Positions 48,038 to 59,669 of a stretch of DNA of 64,000 nt are shown piece by piece. Where the stretch lies: contig NC_083433.1 of assembly GCF_020745735.1 (NCBI RefSeq), positions 18,983,363-19,047,362 of the forward strand, in the 5' to 3' direction. A program made the position numbers and the translations under genes. Every line of letters begins with the position of its first letter. The stretch's first letter is position 1. The notes beneath the pieces are model-generated. The model did not search any database, was not told the DNA's origin, and saw only the letters and a program-made list of their open reading frames with translations. Source of the DNA: Hemiscyllium ocellatum. Taxonomy: Eukaryota.

Positions 48038-48629
48038 GTAAGTAAAATTAAACATTACATTCTTCTGCTTGGAAGGGAAAGAATTGAAAGATAACTTTTT
48101 GTGTGCTGAGTCCCTGAAACATTCAGATTCTGTTGCCTACCCAATGACAACTCAGCTGTCCTGAACTGTGAGGTTTGCAGCAACTTTCAAAGCTATTCAA
48201 CTCATCAAGAAGTATTACCTAGTCCTGCACCCTCCCAATACACACTGGAAGCTAAATTAATGGTCAGGGGCTCAAACCCTGTTGGATTTTTATCCCTCCC
48301 ACCATCATAAATATTGACGTCAATTGTAACTTCATCAACTACTTTCTGGCTGAGATCGGTTAATGTAGAACTAAATTGGAAGGTCCCAGATGAGATCCTA
48401 GTCAATATAAACCAACACTCCAGTGGGACTTTCCTGGCTTGTATAAGGTCATTGTAGCACTATGTTGTAACCAGTCTAAACTGCTTTCTATTGTCCATGG
48501 CATTTGTAGATATTTTGACAACATAATTATAAGTGAAGGTATTATTGGTTTAGTTAATTGCACTCCAGTAGCCTAACTTTAGAGCCAGATTTAAGGAAAG
48601 GTATAATTTCATTGGAGACAGTTCACTTC

Positions 48630-49030
48630 AGGATGATCCCTGGAATGGAGGGATTGCTTTCTGAGCAAAGGCTAAACGTATTGAGACTGTACTCACTGAA
48701 GTCTAGAAGAATGAGAGGTGATCTCATTGAAATATACACGAGTCTTCAGAGGCTTGACAGCACAAAATGTTAAGATGATTTTTCTCTCATGGCAGAGCCT
48801 ATGACTAGAGGGCATAGTCTCAGAGTAAAAAGGCCATCACTTTAAGAATGAGATGAGGAAGAATTTCTTCTCTCAGAGAGATGTGAGTCTTCAAGAGAGC
48901 TGTGGGGGCAAAGTCCTTGTATATAGACAAGGCTGAGATGGATTCTTTATCAGCATGGGAATCAAGGATTATGGGAAAAGACAGGAAAGTGGATATGAGT
49001 AATGTTGGATCAGCTATGGTCCTATTGAAT
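48630..49030 (+). mobile_element. old CR1 3' fragment
   Basis: RMIPGMEGL..LNVLRLYSL..RRMRGDLIEIY. Confidence 0.78.
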
Positions 49031-49662
49031 GGTAGCGAAGGCTTGAGAGTCTGAACATTCTAATCCTGTTCCTAGTTAGTCTGCTCCTGTTCCCAGATCT
49101 TAAGATCTAATTCACTGTGCAAAGATATAGGAATGGGCCATTTAGCACTTGAACCTGTTCCACTGCTACTTAGCGAGAACGTGACTGTTCAGATAGATGG
49201 CGAATGGTTTTTGCCATGGTCCATTTAACTCTCAGTGGCCTTGGCACGACAAGTTGCTGGGAGTGGGTGGTGGAGACAGTGCTCCCGAGAGGGCACGTGG
49301 GATGTTTGAACAGATGAGGCAATTGTGTATCGCCTTAACCAGATGGTCTGAAATATTATCAACTGAACAATACAACAAAAATGTGTCCTTCACCCAAGTT
49401 GCTTGAAATAATAGTGTAATAAATAATGGTGAGCGCTCTTAGCCTCCCTGTTGTTTCGATGATAAATTATGGCCTATTGTTTATGAGTTGGGGATACCGT
49501 GTAATTGCAAAGAAATTTTGAACTGTAGGTGTAAACCTTCCTTTGCTACTCGTTGCATGACTCATATCTCCAAACATTGCGCAGAAAAAATTGATAAGAA
49601 AGTGAATTGCCTCACGTTGTTTTACTTCAATGTCTCAGCAATTTTTTTTTGTATTTGGGCAG

Positions 49663-49809
49663 ATATTTCTGAAGGAGACCGTGAAGAGATCAGTATCAGT
49701 GACACGCACCACGGATGGATTACACCAGTGGTTTTAGTTACACTCATCCTTGTGGTTTCACTGGCATGTTACATTTTGCTGAAACATTTTCCCAGGTCGT
49801 CACTGATGA
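49663..49809 (+). CDS. B7-family gene exon 5, stalk and transmembrane
   Basis: ISEGDREEISISDTHH-GWITPVVLVTLILVVSLACYILL-KHFPR; acceptor gggcAG, donor A|GTAAGT; 147 nt, phase 1-1. Confidence 0.88.
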
Positions 49810-49854
49810 GTAAGTGACTTATTTCCTCCAGTTGACTGAACTGGCACTTAGGTG

Positions 49855-50121
49855 CGTCCTACCTGCCAATCTTCCTTCCCACCTATCTGTTTCACCCTCC
49901 TCTTTGACCTATCACCTTTACCCACCCCCACCTCCATCCACCTATTGTACTCTTAGCTACCTTTTCCCCAGCCCGACCCCCTCCCATTTATCTCTCCACC
50001 CCAGAGGCTCCCTGCCTCATTCCTGCTGAAGGGCTTTTGCCCGAAATGTCGATTTTCCTGTTCCTCGGAGGCTGCCTGACCTGCTGTGCTTTTCCAGCAC
50101 CACTCTAATCTTGACTTTCAC
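49855..50121 (+). mobile_element. PLE 3' pLTR fragment (family A variant), mutated hammerhead
   Basis: Similar to 13500-13746; perfect 14-bp TSD CTGGCACTTAGGTG at 49841-49854 and 50122-50135. Confidence 0.88.
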
Positions 50122-50505
50122 CTGGCACTTAGGTGGGCCAAGTGGAGTTCAATTCTGCATTGACTCTAATGAACGGAGTTTAGACCAAACTGATTGGGAC
50201 TGAATGGTTTCCAACCTGCACGTTATAAATACCTTTGACAAACTGTGTCAAATTGGATGTGCCCAGCAGTTGTGTACCTGTTAGAAGCACAAATATTTTT
50301 AAATTCTGAGAGATTACCGGAGGCAGGTATGAGAATTGTATAGTGGAGGTTGCTTTCTGGGATTGGTTTATGGTACATTTGTGGCCAGAGAAAAAGTTGA
50401 ATTATGGTACACCTATCCGCAGTCAGTGAAAGTTTGGATGATAATATTGAGGACAAAATGTAGAGCTATGTCCCATCTCTCTTAACTTTGCTAACATCAT
50501 TGTAT

Positions 50506-50825
50506 GCTGAAAATGTGTTGCTGGAACAGCGCAGCAGGTCAGGCAGCAGCCAAGGAGCAGGAGAATTGACGTTTTGGGCATGAGCCCTTCTTCAGGAATG
50601 AGGGGAGAGTGTGCCAAGCGGGCTAAGATAAAAGGTAGGGAGGAGAGACTTGGGGGAGGGGCGTTGGAAATGCGATAGGTGGAAGGAGGTTAAGGTGAGG
50701 GTGATAGGCCAGAGTGGGGGTGGGGGCGGAGAGGTCAGGAAGAAGATTGCAGGTTAGGAAGTTGGTGCTGAGTTTGAGGGATTAGAATGAGACAAGGTGG
50801 GGGGAGGGGAAATGAGGAAACTGTT
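50506..50825 (-). mobile_element. PLE 3' pLTR fragment (family A)
   Basis: Reverse complement of 13430-13746; hammerhead core with GAAA changed to AAAA. Confidence 0.85.
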
Positions 50826-51390
50826 TCATTGCATCCCTTTTTACTTCCTTAAAGAATATTAGTAACTTAGATAAATATCATTTCCCTTGCATGAAGCCAT
50901 CTTGACTCAGCCTGACTGCCTTAAGATAAAGTGGCTTCCGATAGCATTCTTAATGATGGATTCTTGCATTTCTAGCATCTCTGGGTAAGCCCTGTCCCAT
51001 CAGGAGGGCAAATCCCCCAAAGGTGGTTGTCCAGTGGTGTACAGTTGGGAAGGAAGAGCTCTGGGAGTCCCCATCATTGACTCAGGTCCAGATGAAATCT
51101 TATGGCATTGGGTCAAACATGAGCATGGAAACCTCCTGCTGATGACCACCTACTCCTGTCATCATACCCTTGTAATAACCTTTATATAAGTTCAGTCGTA
51201 GAGTTTCAGACCAACAGTTCTCAACCTTGAATGAAATGTGAAATTCTATTATGTTACTATCACTCTTACCAAAAGGATCTTTTATTATGAAAACATTGAA
51301 TAACTCTGCCTCATTAGGTTAAAAGTAGCCCTTTCATTGGTTGCTTACTCAACTATTATTTTAAGAAATGGTCTGGAATACATTATGAAC

Positions 51391-51553
51391 CAGCGAGTTT
51401 TGAGAAGAATTGCAGCTCAGGTTGAGGTTCTGGATGTAAGTTAGCTCGCTGAGCTGGAAGATTTGTTTTCAGACATTTTGTCACTATACCTAGTATGGTG
51501 ACGAAATTTCTGAAAATGAATCTTCCAGCTCAGTGAGCAAACCTACGTCCAGA
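51391..51553. mobile_element. palindromic PLE-terminus insertion (family D), tail on the left
   Basis: tctggatgtaagttagctcgctgagctggaagat / atcttccagctcagtgagcaaacctacgtccaga arms; ca(t/c)tatgaac at 51381-51390 and 51554-51563. Confidence 0.7.
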
Positions 51554-53619
51554 CACTATGAACTCTTATCCCATATGATCTTTGCCAATTTGATTCATTC
51601 AATCTGTATTAAGTTTAAAATTATTGTCGATAATTGAAATTCCTTTCTTAGAAGTTTCCTTTATTTCTTAATTCATACTCTGTTCAAGAGTATATCTGCT
51701 GTCAGAGATTAAATTAAATTTTGTCCATTTGTCTGCCCATTTCACCAGTCTGTCCATATCCTTTTGAAGTCCTCCACATTTCTCCTCATGTGTGAAAATA
51801 CTTTCAAGTTTTGTTTTGCTCGTCACAAAAAAACAACTTTACACCAAAGGTCTGGGTCATTAACATATGTCAGAAAGGCACCAATCTCTGGGCCACTCCA
51901 TTACCTGCAAAATAACAGTTTACCACTACTCTTTGTTTCTTGGCATTCAACCAATTTCAAAGCCAAGTTTCAACTGTATCTTTCATTCCATGAGCCCCAG
52001 CTTTGCTGACAAGTCTGTTGTGTGGTACTGCATCAAGTATTTCATCCACTTCAGATGATATGAAACTTGGTTCTGTATGTCCGAGATCGTTAATGTATAT
52101 CAAAAAGTGTAGCACTAACCCCTACAGAACACTATTGTACACATGGAAAGTTAACATAGACTCAGCCTTTTGTCCTATATCCTATTTTGTATTCACGTCT
52201 TCACTGTCTGTTTTAATTCCATGGGTTTAAGGAGAAGGAAATTAATTCCAGTGACTGAAGAGTTGGTAGTGTGTGCACACAGATTTAAAACAATTAACAA
52301 AACAACTACAGGTAACATGAAGATTTCTTTTACACACAGTAAGCTTCCTGGGACCTGGTTCTGTCTCAAAGAATGTTGGAAGCAGATTCATAGTAACTTT
52401 CACAAGCAAATTTGATAAATACTTGACAAGAATAACTTTGCAGGGCCACAGGGAAATAGCAGGTGATTGGATAACTCTGCCAAACGGCCAGCCCAAGACT
52501 CAATAAACTGAATGTCCTCCTCCATTGATGCTATGGTATCATAAGCACTGATGTGGACTGTTTTGGGCTGTACATTCTGTGGTAGTTTATGTGGGTGATA
52601 ATATCCTTTCCATTTCAACGGGCCTCCAAACTGTCAAGATTGAGGGCTAAGACCTGCTTCTGGAGAAGATTGATCCAACAGCCCAAGTATTGTCTTGGTG
52701 GGATTAAGTCAAATGCATTCATTACCTTTGAGGCTTCAGTTTTCTTCTGGCTGGTGGAGGGGGGGGGGGGGTTGGAAACCAGGCTTTTGCCCCAGATTTT
52801 CACAGGAACTCATTGATCATCCAGAAAGGAGACATATTGAAAAGGAATAGAAAGACTTTAAAGCCATCTGTTCTGCCTTCTAAAAACCATAGCCTTGGGT
52901 ATTTGCATGATCCAGTGATGCTGCTAGTAAATCCAGCTTAATGGGACCGGGCAATGGGAGGTATTGCTTTTCCTATAATTGAAATCTCCTTCAAATGTCA
53001 TCTGCGGGATAAAATAAATTGTCCTTTTTTCAGGAGTTCGTGTGGCTGCAGGACAATGTGAGTTAGCTTCCCTAAGTATCGTCAATCCTACATTAGGTGA
53101 GTGATCCCATTTTTGAGTGATTCTGATATTGACAATCTTCCTTCTTAAATAGAAATATTGGTTTATAAACACTCTGGAACACTGCGCTGGGACATGAACT
53201 CAGTATCTCCCTGAAAAAGTCATTTGAAAGGAATGGTGCCATGTGTAAATACACAGAATGGATGATGCTGAGTCATTGTGAACAATGAGGTCCCTGAGTT
53301 ATTTTAATTTCTGCCTGGGCGATAATAGTTGTCGACAATTAATCTCAGTGTCTCTGATTCCATGTGAACTTTGCCCAAACCTCTGGCTCGTTATTGGCTT
53401 GCACTTCAACCTGAGCTGGTTACCTTGGCAGCTTTTGTCTGTCATTACTTGCCATTGCCTTCCACTCTCAGGGTCAGGCTGAGGAGGCAGGACCCAAGCT
53501 CACTGTTTTAGTCAACTCGGACAAATGCAACTGGTCCCTGCAGCTTGGATTAAAGAATACAGTAATATTCTCACCCTGCTTATTGTCAACTCAGTTTAAC
53601 CATATCGATAAATATTAAT

Positions 53620-53728
53620 AATTTGGAGATGCCGGTGTTGGACTGGGGTGTACAAAGTTAAAAATCACACAACACCAGGTTTAATTGGAAGCACAAGCTT
53701 TCGGAGCGCCGTTCCTTCACCAGGTTCA
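53620..53728 (-). mobile_element. PLE terminus (family B) with tail
   Basis: Matches 9560-9690; 10-bp TSD AAATATTAAT at 53610-53619 and 53729-53738. Confidence 0.78.
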
Positions 53729-54057
53729 AAATATTAATGATCCATCATGAATATTATGAACCCGTACAAACTGGACTATGTCCTTTCCATGTCAACCTCA
53801 CACCGCCAATCTCCCAAATTCTGTGTGTACTGTCTGGGAGGAGTTAATACTATTTTTGTAACTTCATAATCTGTCCTTTTAGAGAACAATGTGAGTGGTG
53901 GAAGGATTTGTAGTCTGCCAGTCTATGACACAAGTACTCCTTTGATAAGGTAGTTAATGAAAACAATTTAAGGCTTGTAATATGGCCCGATTGCTTGTAC
54001 TGAATGCCACAGTTATAATCACACAGAGCACTGTGTTTGCAGGTAGAAAGCACATAC

Positions 54058-54400
54058 AGTCATAGAGTCACGCCAGTCCATGCTGAACATAATCCCAAAC
54101 TAAACTAGTCCCACCTGCCTGCTCCTGGTCCATATTTCACCAAACCTTTCCTCAACATGTACTTATCCAAATATCTTTTAAATGTTGTAGTTGGGTCCAC
54201 ATCCACCACAGTCTTCAGGAGATTCATCCCACATGCAAACCATCTTCTGGGTAAACAATTTGCCTCTCACGTCTTTTTCAAATCTTTTTCCTCTCACCTT
54301 AAAAATGTGCATCTTAGTCTTAAAATCCCCATGCTAGGGAAAAGACAACTACCATTAACCCTCATGATTTTATAAACTTCTATAAGATCACATTGTGCCT
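54058..54400 (-). mobile_element. CR1 3' fragment
   Basis: agtcatagagtca tail reverse complement and CR1 C-terminal segment. Confidence 0.8.
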
Positions 54401-56721
54401 GGTTCAGTTCGACAAAATGAGAGACAGCCCTTCTCTTCTTCATTTCCCTGGACAGTGTATTGACAATCAGAGTCAACCTACTTGGTTTAAAATTGGAAAC
54501 AAAAATGGAAGTTGCTGGAAAAGCTCAGCAGGTCTGGCAGCACCTGTGAACAGAAATCAGAGTGAACATTTGAGTCCGATGACCCTTCCTCAGTTCAGTT
54601 TAGGGGAACTTCGGGGGTGATTTCCAGTCTGTGAAACTTCAAAACCAGACAATTTGAGTTAGAAATCTTCAAGTTGTTTGCATCGAGACAGTTTAGGTCA
54701 TCGGAATTGTGAAAGGTACATGCCCTCAGATTCTGAAAGAAATCTGAAAGTTCAAGAAAAAGTAACAGGAAAACTTCAGTAAAGATTAAAGAAACTGAGC
54801 TGGGGTGATATTTCTCTTGGATTGAGTCTCTAATGAATGGTGTAGGGAGGAAGGTTGAATGCTTTGTGTTGATATTTATGTTAAGATCTTTCTCAGTCTT
54901 TTATATATTGGTTTGTTTGTTCACTTTACTTTGTGTAATAAACATATGTTCAGTTGTCAAAGAACATCATATGAATATATTTCAATGACTAAAATTTCTA
55001 ACAACTTTCAAAAAGTTAAATATATAATCTATTGAGCTACTTTTCATTCTGAAATTGGGTTAGAATCATGCCAGATCCACCTGATTCAAATATGTGCAAG
55101 ATGTTGACCCATACATTTGAACCAGGAGTGCCTGGCTAGTGGTTTGAATACTGTGGAATTTATTGGGCAAGTTACGACAAAGCTGGAAGCTCACCCTGAT
55201 GCAGTTCCAGGTTGGATTTATGGATGGTTTCTCTTTGCAGTGTGAGATCATGTTTCTTTAAGAACTTTAGAAAAAAAAAGTTTTATTTTCTCTTACCTGA
55301 ATCATTAAGTCACCTCAGCAATAGTTTGTTTTTCCAAAGTAGTTTTTAATAAACAGAAAAACACCTCCACATTGACGTAGAAGAGTTAAAGGAAGACCAG
55401 CAGAAACTGAGTTTCCAAACAAATGGGTTTTGATAAGATCTTTAAAAACAGGGAGAGGAGTAACATGACGCAGAAGTTTAAGGATGAGTCAAATAAAGGA
55501 TGCTGGTAGTTCTACTGTCGATGATGGAACATTTAGAGAATGATATAGAGGAAGCAGATGACATGTCTGGAAGGTATGGCTGGAGAAGGCTGTAAAGTAG
55601 GGGTGACCATGGGAGGCATTTGTGGGCAGGGTATTTAACGGTCAGTGAATTCAGAGCAGGGCAGTTATTGAAGATCAGTGAGGACAAGGGTTATGGGCAG
55701 AGGCGGCAAGACTATGGGCAGCAGAAGCTGGGGAATAGAGATACTGAGGGAGAAAGCCTGGGAGATTTGGATGAATTCAGTGCCAAAAGAGAAGCCATCA
55801 TGCATGTTTAAGCAACCATGAAAATTCTTCTGGCCTTCTCTTATTATTGATATGACCCCAGTTGATGTAATATTGGAAAACACAGATCCCAGAATGCAAC
55901 GTGGCTTGATAGATAAATTTACTGTTTGCAGTTGGTTATTGACTACAGGTACTCAGTTCCTCAGAAGTATGTCTGCTGTCTCAACTCTTTCATTTCTTAT
56001 TTAGCTGACTCTTTTTTCCATCCTGGACTGTTGAAATTATTTTAAGACCAATTTCTAGCTCTTATAGCTCAGAACCCCTTTCAGTGTCTGCACAAACTCT
56101 CAAAGCTTGGAGACTTCACAAACCAAAGCCCTTGTGCTAAGGGGAAAACTGCTTGGTTGAACTGAAAGATGTGATATACTTGTGTCAGCGTGAAACTGTA
56201 ACCTGATTTTTCTGAATTCGATTCAGATTAAACCATCAGTCGCTTCTGAGTTTGTTCGCTGACTCTCATAAACTCAGTTGTATAAACATTTCATCAATTA
56301 AGAACACAGATATCAGATCACTAAGTGATTTGCATTCTTGGAAAACATGCATTGAAGTCACTTTTCTGAATAACTTTTTAAAAAAAAATGGTTACTTTTT
56401 GCAGAGCTGGAGCCAAAGCCGAGATCTGTTTTGAAAAGTAAGACCATAAATAATGGAGTAGATATAGGTCGTTCAGCCCATTAAGTCTGCTGTGCCATTC
56501 AGTGAGGTTGTGACTGGTCTGATCATCCTCAACTCAACTTTCTTGCCTTGGAGTCATGAACACAGCCCAGCACACAAACCAGCCTTCCATTCATTGACTC
56601 CATCTATACTTCTCGCTACCTCAGGAAAACAACCAAAATAATCAAAGACCCCTCCCACCATGGTTATAGTCTCTTCCCGCTAGGTGTGCTTCTGTTGATT
56701 TTCTATGTTTGCTTTCTTTAG

Positions 56722-56816
56722 GCAGAAGAAGCCATATTCAGGATGACCAAGATGGTACCGAAACTGAACCATTTACCAAAGACTTAGAAGACCATAAAGG
56801 AGAGACTGAAACGTGA
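56722..56816 (+). CDS. B7-family gene exon 6, cytoplasmic tail (SRRSHIQDDQDGTETEPFTKDLEDHKGETET*)
   Basis: Acceptor tttgctttctttAG; phase 1 fits exon 5; followed by AT-rich UTR-like sequence. An extra small exon between 49810 and 56721 cannot be excluded. Confidence 0.68.
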
Positions 56817-57157
56817 ATTACTCTGTTGGCACTGAATGTAACTGTTGTAATATGTTCTTTATACGTCTTTGGATTATTTGTATATGTCTCATTTGGTTGC
56901 TTACGGTGATCACATTGTCAATAGTGACTCGAAAATGGTGAAATATGCTCTGAAGTCCACGCCTGTAAATGATACTTTGCTATCAATTGCGCAACACTTT
57001 CTTTTCCTTTTTCTCCTCTTCGAAGCTGAAATGTTGGACAGGTTACTCAGGTATTATATTGAAGTATTTACAATCAGTGGAACGACAGAGGAGCAGAAAG
57101 ATGCAGAAGGGGCATGTACAGAAATTGCTAAAAGTGGGCTGACACTTATGATCATGA

Positions 57158-57163
57158 ATTAAA
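57158..57163 (+). terminator. candidate polyadenylation signal (ATTAAA); AATAAA alternatives near 57685 and 58097
   Basis: Hexamer downstream of the stop codon; the true site is unknown. Confidence 0.3.
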
Positions 57164-59669
57164 AAGCTGCTGGGACAAGCCTTTAGCTGAAGAGGGCTGA
57201 AATACAGATAATTGATGTTATGTTGCTGACATAGTTAGACACAATTCTTTTCCTTAATACTTTGTTAAGATATGGGCATCGCTGACAAAGCCAGCATTTG
57301 CTGCCGTTTCCAGGTACATTGGAACTGAATGGTTTGCTGGCCGATTTGGAGGGAAATAGAGTCAACCACATTATGGTGGATCTGGAGTCACATATAGGTC
57401 AGACCAGCTAAGAGTGGCAAATTCCCTTCTCCGAAGGTGAACTAATGGGTTTCTAAAACAATGGATGATGGCATGATTGGTGCACTATTACAGCCTCAGT
57501 AATGGGACACATTAAACGTGTTCAACTTTGGGAATGTGCCTCAGGAAACCGATATTACCTTTGGAGGGCTGCAGTGAGTATTTACCAGGATGACATGAGG
57601 AGGGGAGAAGGGTTAAGCATTGAAATCAGAAGGCACAGATTAAGCTTGTAGCTCTTTGATCAAAATGTGATGTTCAGAAGAGGAATAAAATTAGTAGGAC
57701 AGAAAGAAAGGTAATTTCCTCTGAGGGAGGGTTGGGGGTTGGAGGGAGTGGAGTCCGGGACGAAGGGGCTTACTCTTAAAAAGTAGATTCAGACTATTCA
57801 AACTAATCTGGAGAAATACTTTGATATACAAAAACACGCTGGAAATCTAGAACATCTAATGATGCTGGAGAACAAATTGAAAAATTACGTTTTGAGATGT
57901 ATTGTCTGAAATATTAATTGAGAATATTATTGACTGAACATATTTCGGATTTATTTTGTAAAGAACCCTTTGCAGGGCAAAGGAGGTAAGCTACAGCAGG
58001 GAGAAGTGTTGCCTTTAGAAAGGACACTACTTCTCAATTGGAATGTTTGAGTCTAATAATTTCAGAGAAAGTTCACACGATTGAGTTGATGGATGAAATA
58101 AATGGATATGAACACAGACAATCAGAGGGCTGTCTTCTCTGGAGCAACAGCCTTTGCTGTCTCTGTCTTCTTTGCAATTTCGGAAACCTCTCATTATGAA
58201 GGTTGTGAGCTGAAAAACTGACTGGAAGGCCTCGCCGCTACATGTAGGGAGTTCCTTCACAGAAAGATCTTCATTGCCATAACACAAGTGTTCATAAAGG
58301 AGAATCTGGTGTGGGGCAGAAAGACTAAATGAATTACCGACACGCAGGTGCACTTCCAGCATCAAAAAGGTTATTGTTTTAAACTTAGCCAACAAAAACC
58401 TATCAACCATAATTTTCAAACTGCTACACACAAGATAGGATGGATGAATGATCCCTACCCCTAACTCATACCTGTGCTGGTTGCAACAGGGTTTGAACTT
58501 TACTGGACTGGAGAGACCCTCTGGCAGCCCAGGATCTTCTCCACTGAACATAGAGAAAGTTACCAGTATTTATAGTTTTTACTTTTAGCCTGCCTTTAGC
58601 TGGTAAAAACCAATCACACTATTAATTGATTAAATACACATTAATCATGTGACTGCATGATTAATCCACGACAGCTTTGGGTCATCTCATGACATTCACC
58701 AGACCCTCTTATCATTTATCCTTGGGCCTTCACAATACATCTTACTCAACCACATTCCAGGCGTTAGCTCCCATGGCAGTGACTCAATACTCCCCTGCTA
58801 ATTGCAAGCGTGTCTCCAGTCTGCCTTAGATTGAATGTCTACGGGCATGCAGTTAAATTCCTTAATGCCATGTTTTATATATAACTTGTAGCTACGATTA
58901 CTTGGGGGTCAGACCCTACCCTTCTATCCAATAATCAGTACCATACTTTTGTCCAGCCTGGTTTGGAGACGCCTCAGTATTTCTCAAGGATGTTCATTTC
59001 AAACTGTCTGTATACATGCAGCAATTGTATTTTCACTTCTTATTCAACAGGACTCTTCTGTATCGCATTTCACAAGACCCTTTGTGTACAATTAAACTGT
59101 TACATTGGACGTGCTTCTTCTATGAAGTCTACAATTGCTCTCGCTTATAGTTTAACTTCAAACATCTGACTATGGAAGCTCCTGTTTCAGCTAAAAATCT
59201 TCATCAGCCTATTTATGTCACTCAAGACCACTTTCAGCTATTTTATGCTGAGTCAGCCAAAGGCAGCCCTAACTCTAGAATCGACCAGTGCTGTCTCCAG
59301 ATAATAAAATCCAGCCATCCCCAATCCAGGAAGAAATCTCATTGCCGCAGGTTATGAGCAAAATGACTTCAACGACAGCCCAACAATTGGACAATGTCTT
59401 TTTGTGAACGCTGCTGGATTTGACCAAAGAAATTTTAAGATAATGCACTGCAGAGTTTTTTTTTATTACTCCCAGGCTTGGAGGTTGTGCGTTAGATTTC
59501 ATGGATATTTGTATATATTTTTGCAGATGGAGTCTTCTTATCTTTCCTTGATTAGGTTTTGATTTCAAAAACCCAGTTCTGTATTTGTTTCTGAACTTGG
59601 CTGACTTGTTTCCGACATGGAAATATTTGCAGACTGTTTATATATAATTGAAATATTACCTGTCTTTTT

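Larger units (their letters stand above)
14405..56816 (+). other. B7-family costimulatory ligand gene (ICOSLG-like / CD80-CD86-like), 6 coding exons, predicted 329 aa
   Basis: Six GT-AG exons with compatible phases (53+59+342+294+147+95=990 nt): leader, IgV, IgC, TM, tail. Confidence 0.85.
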
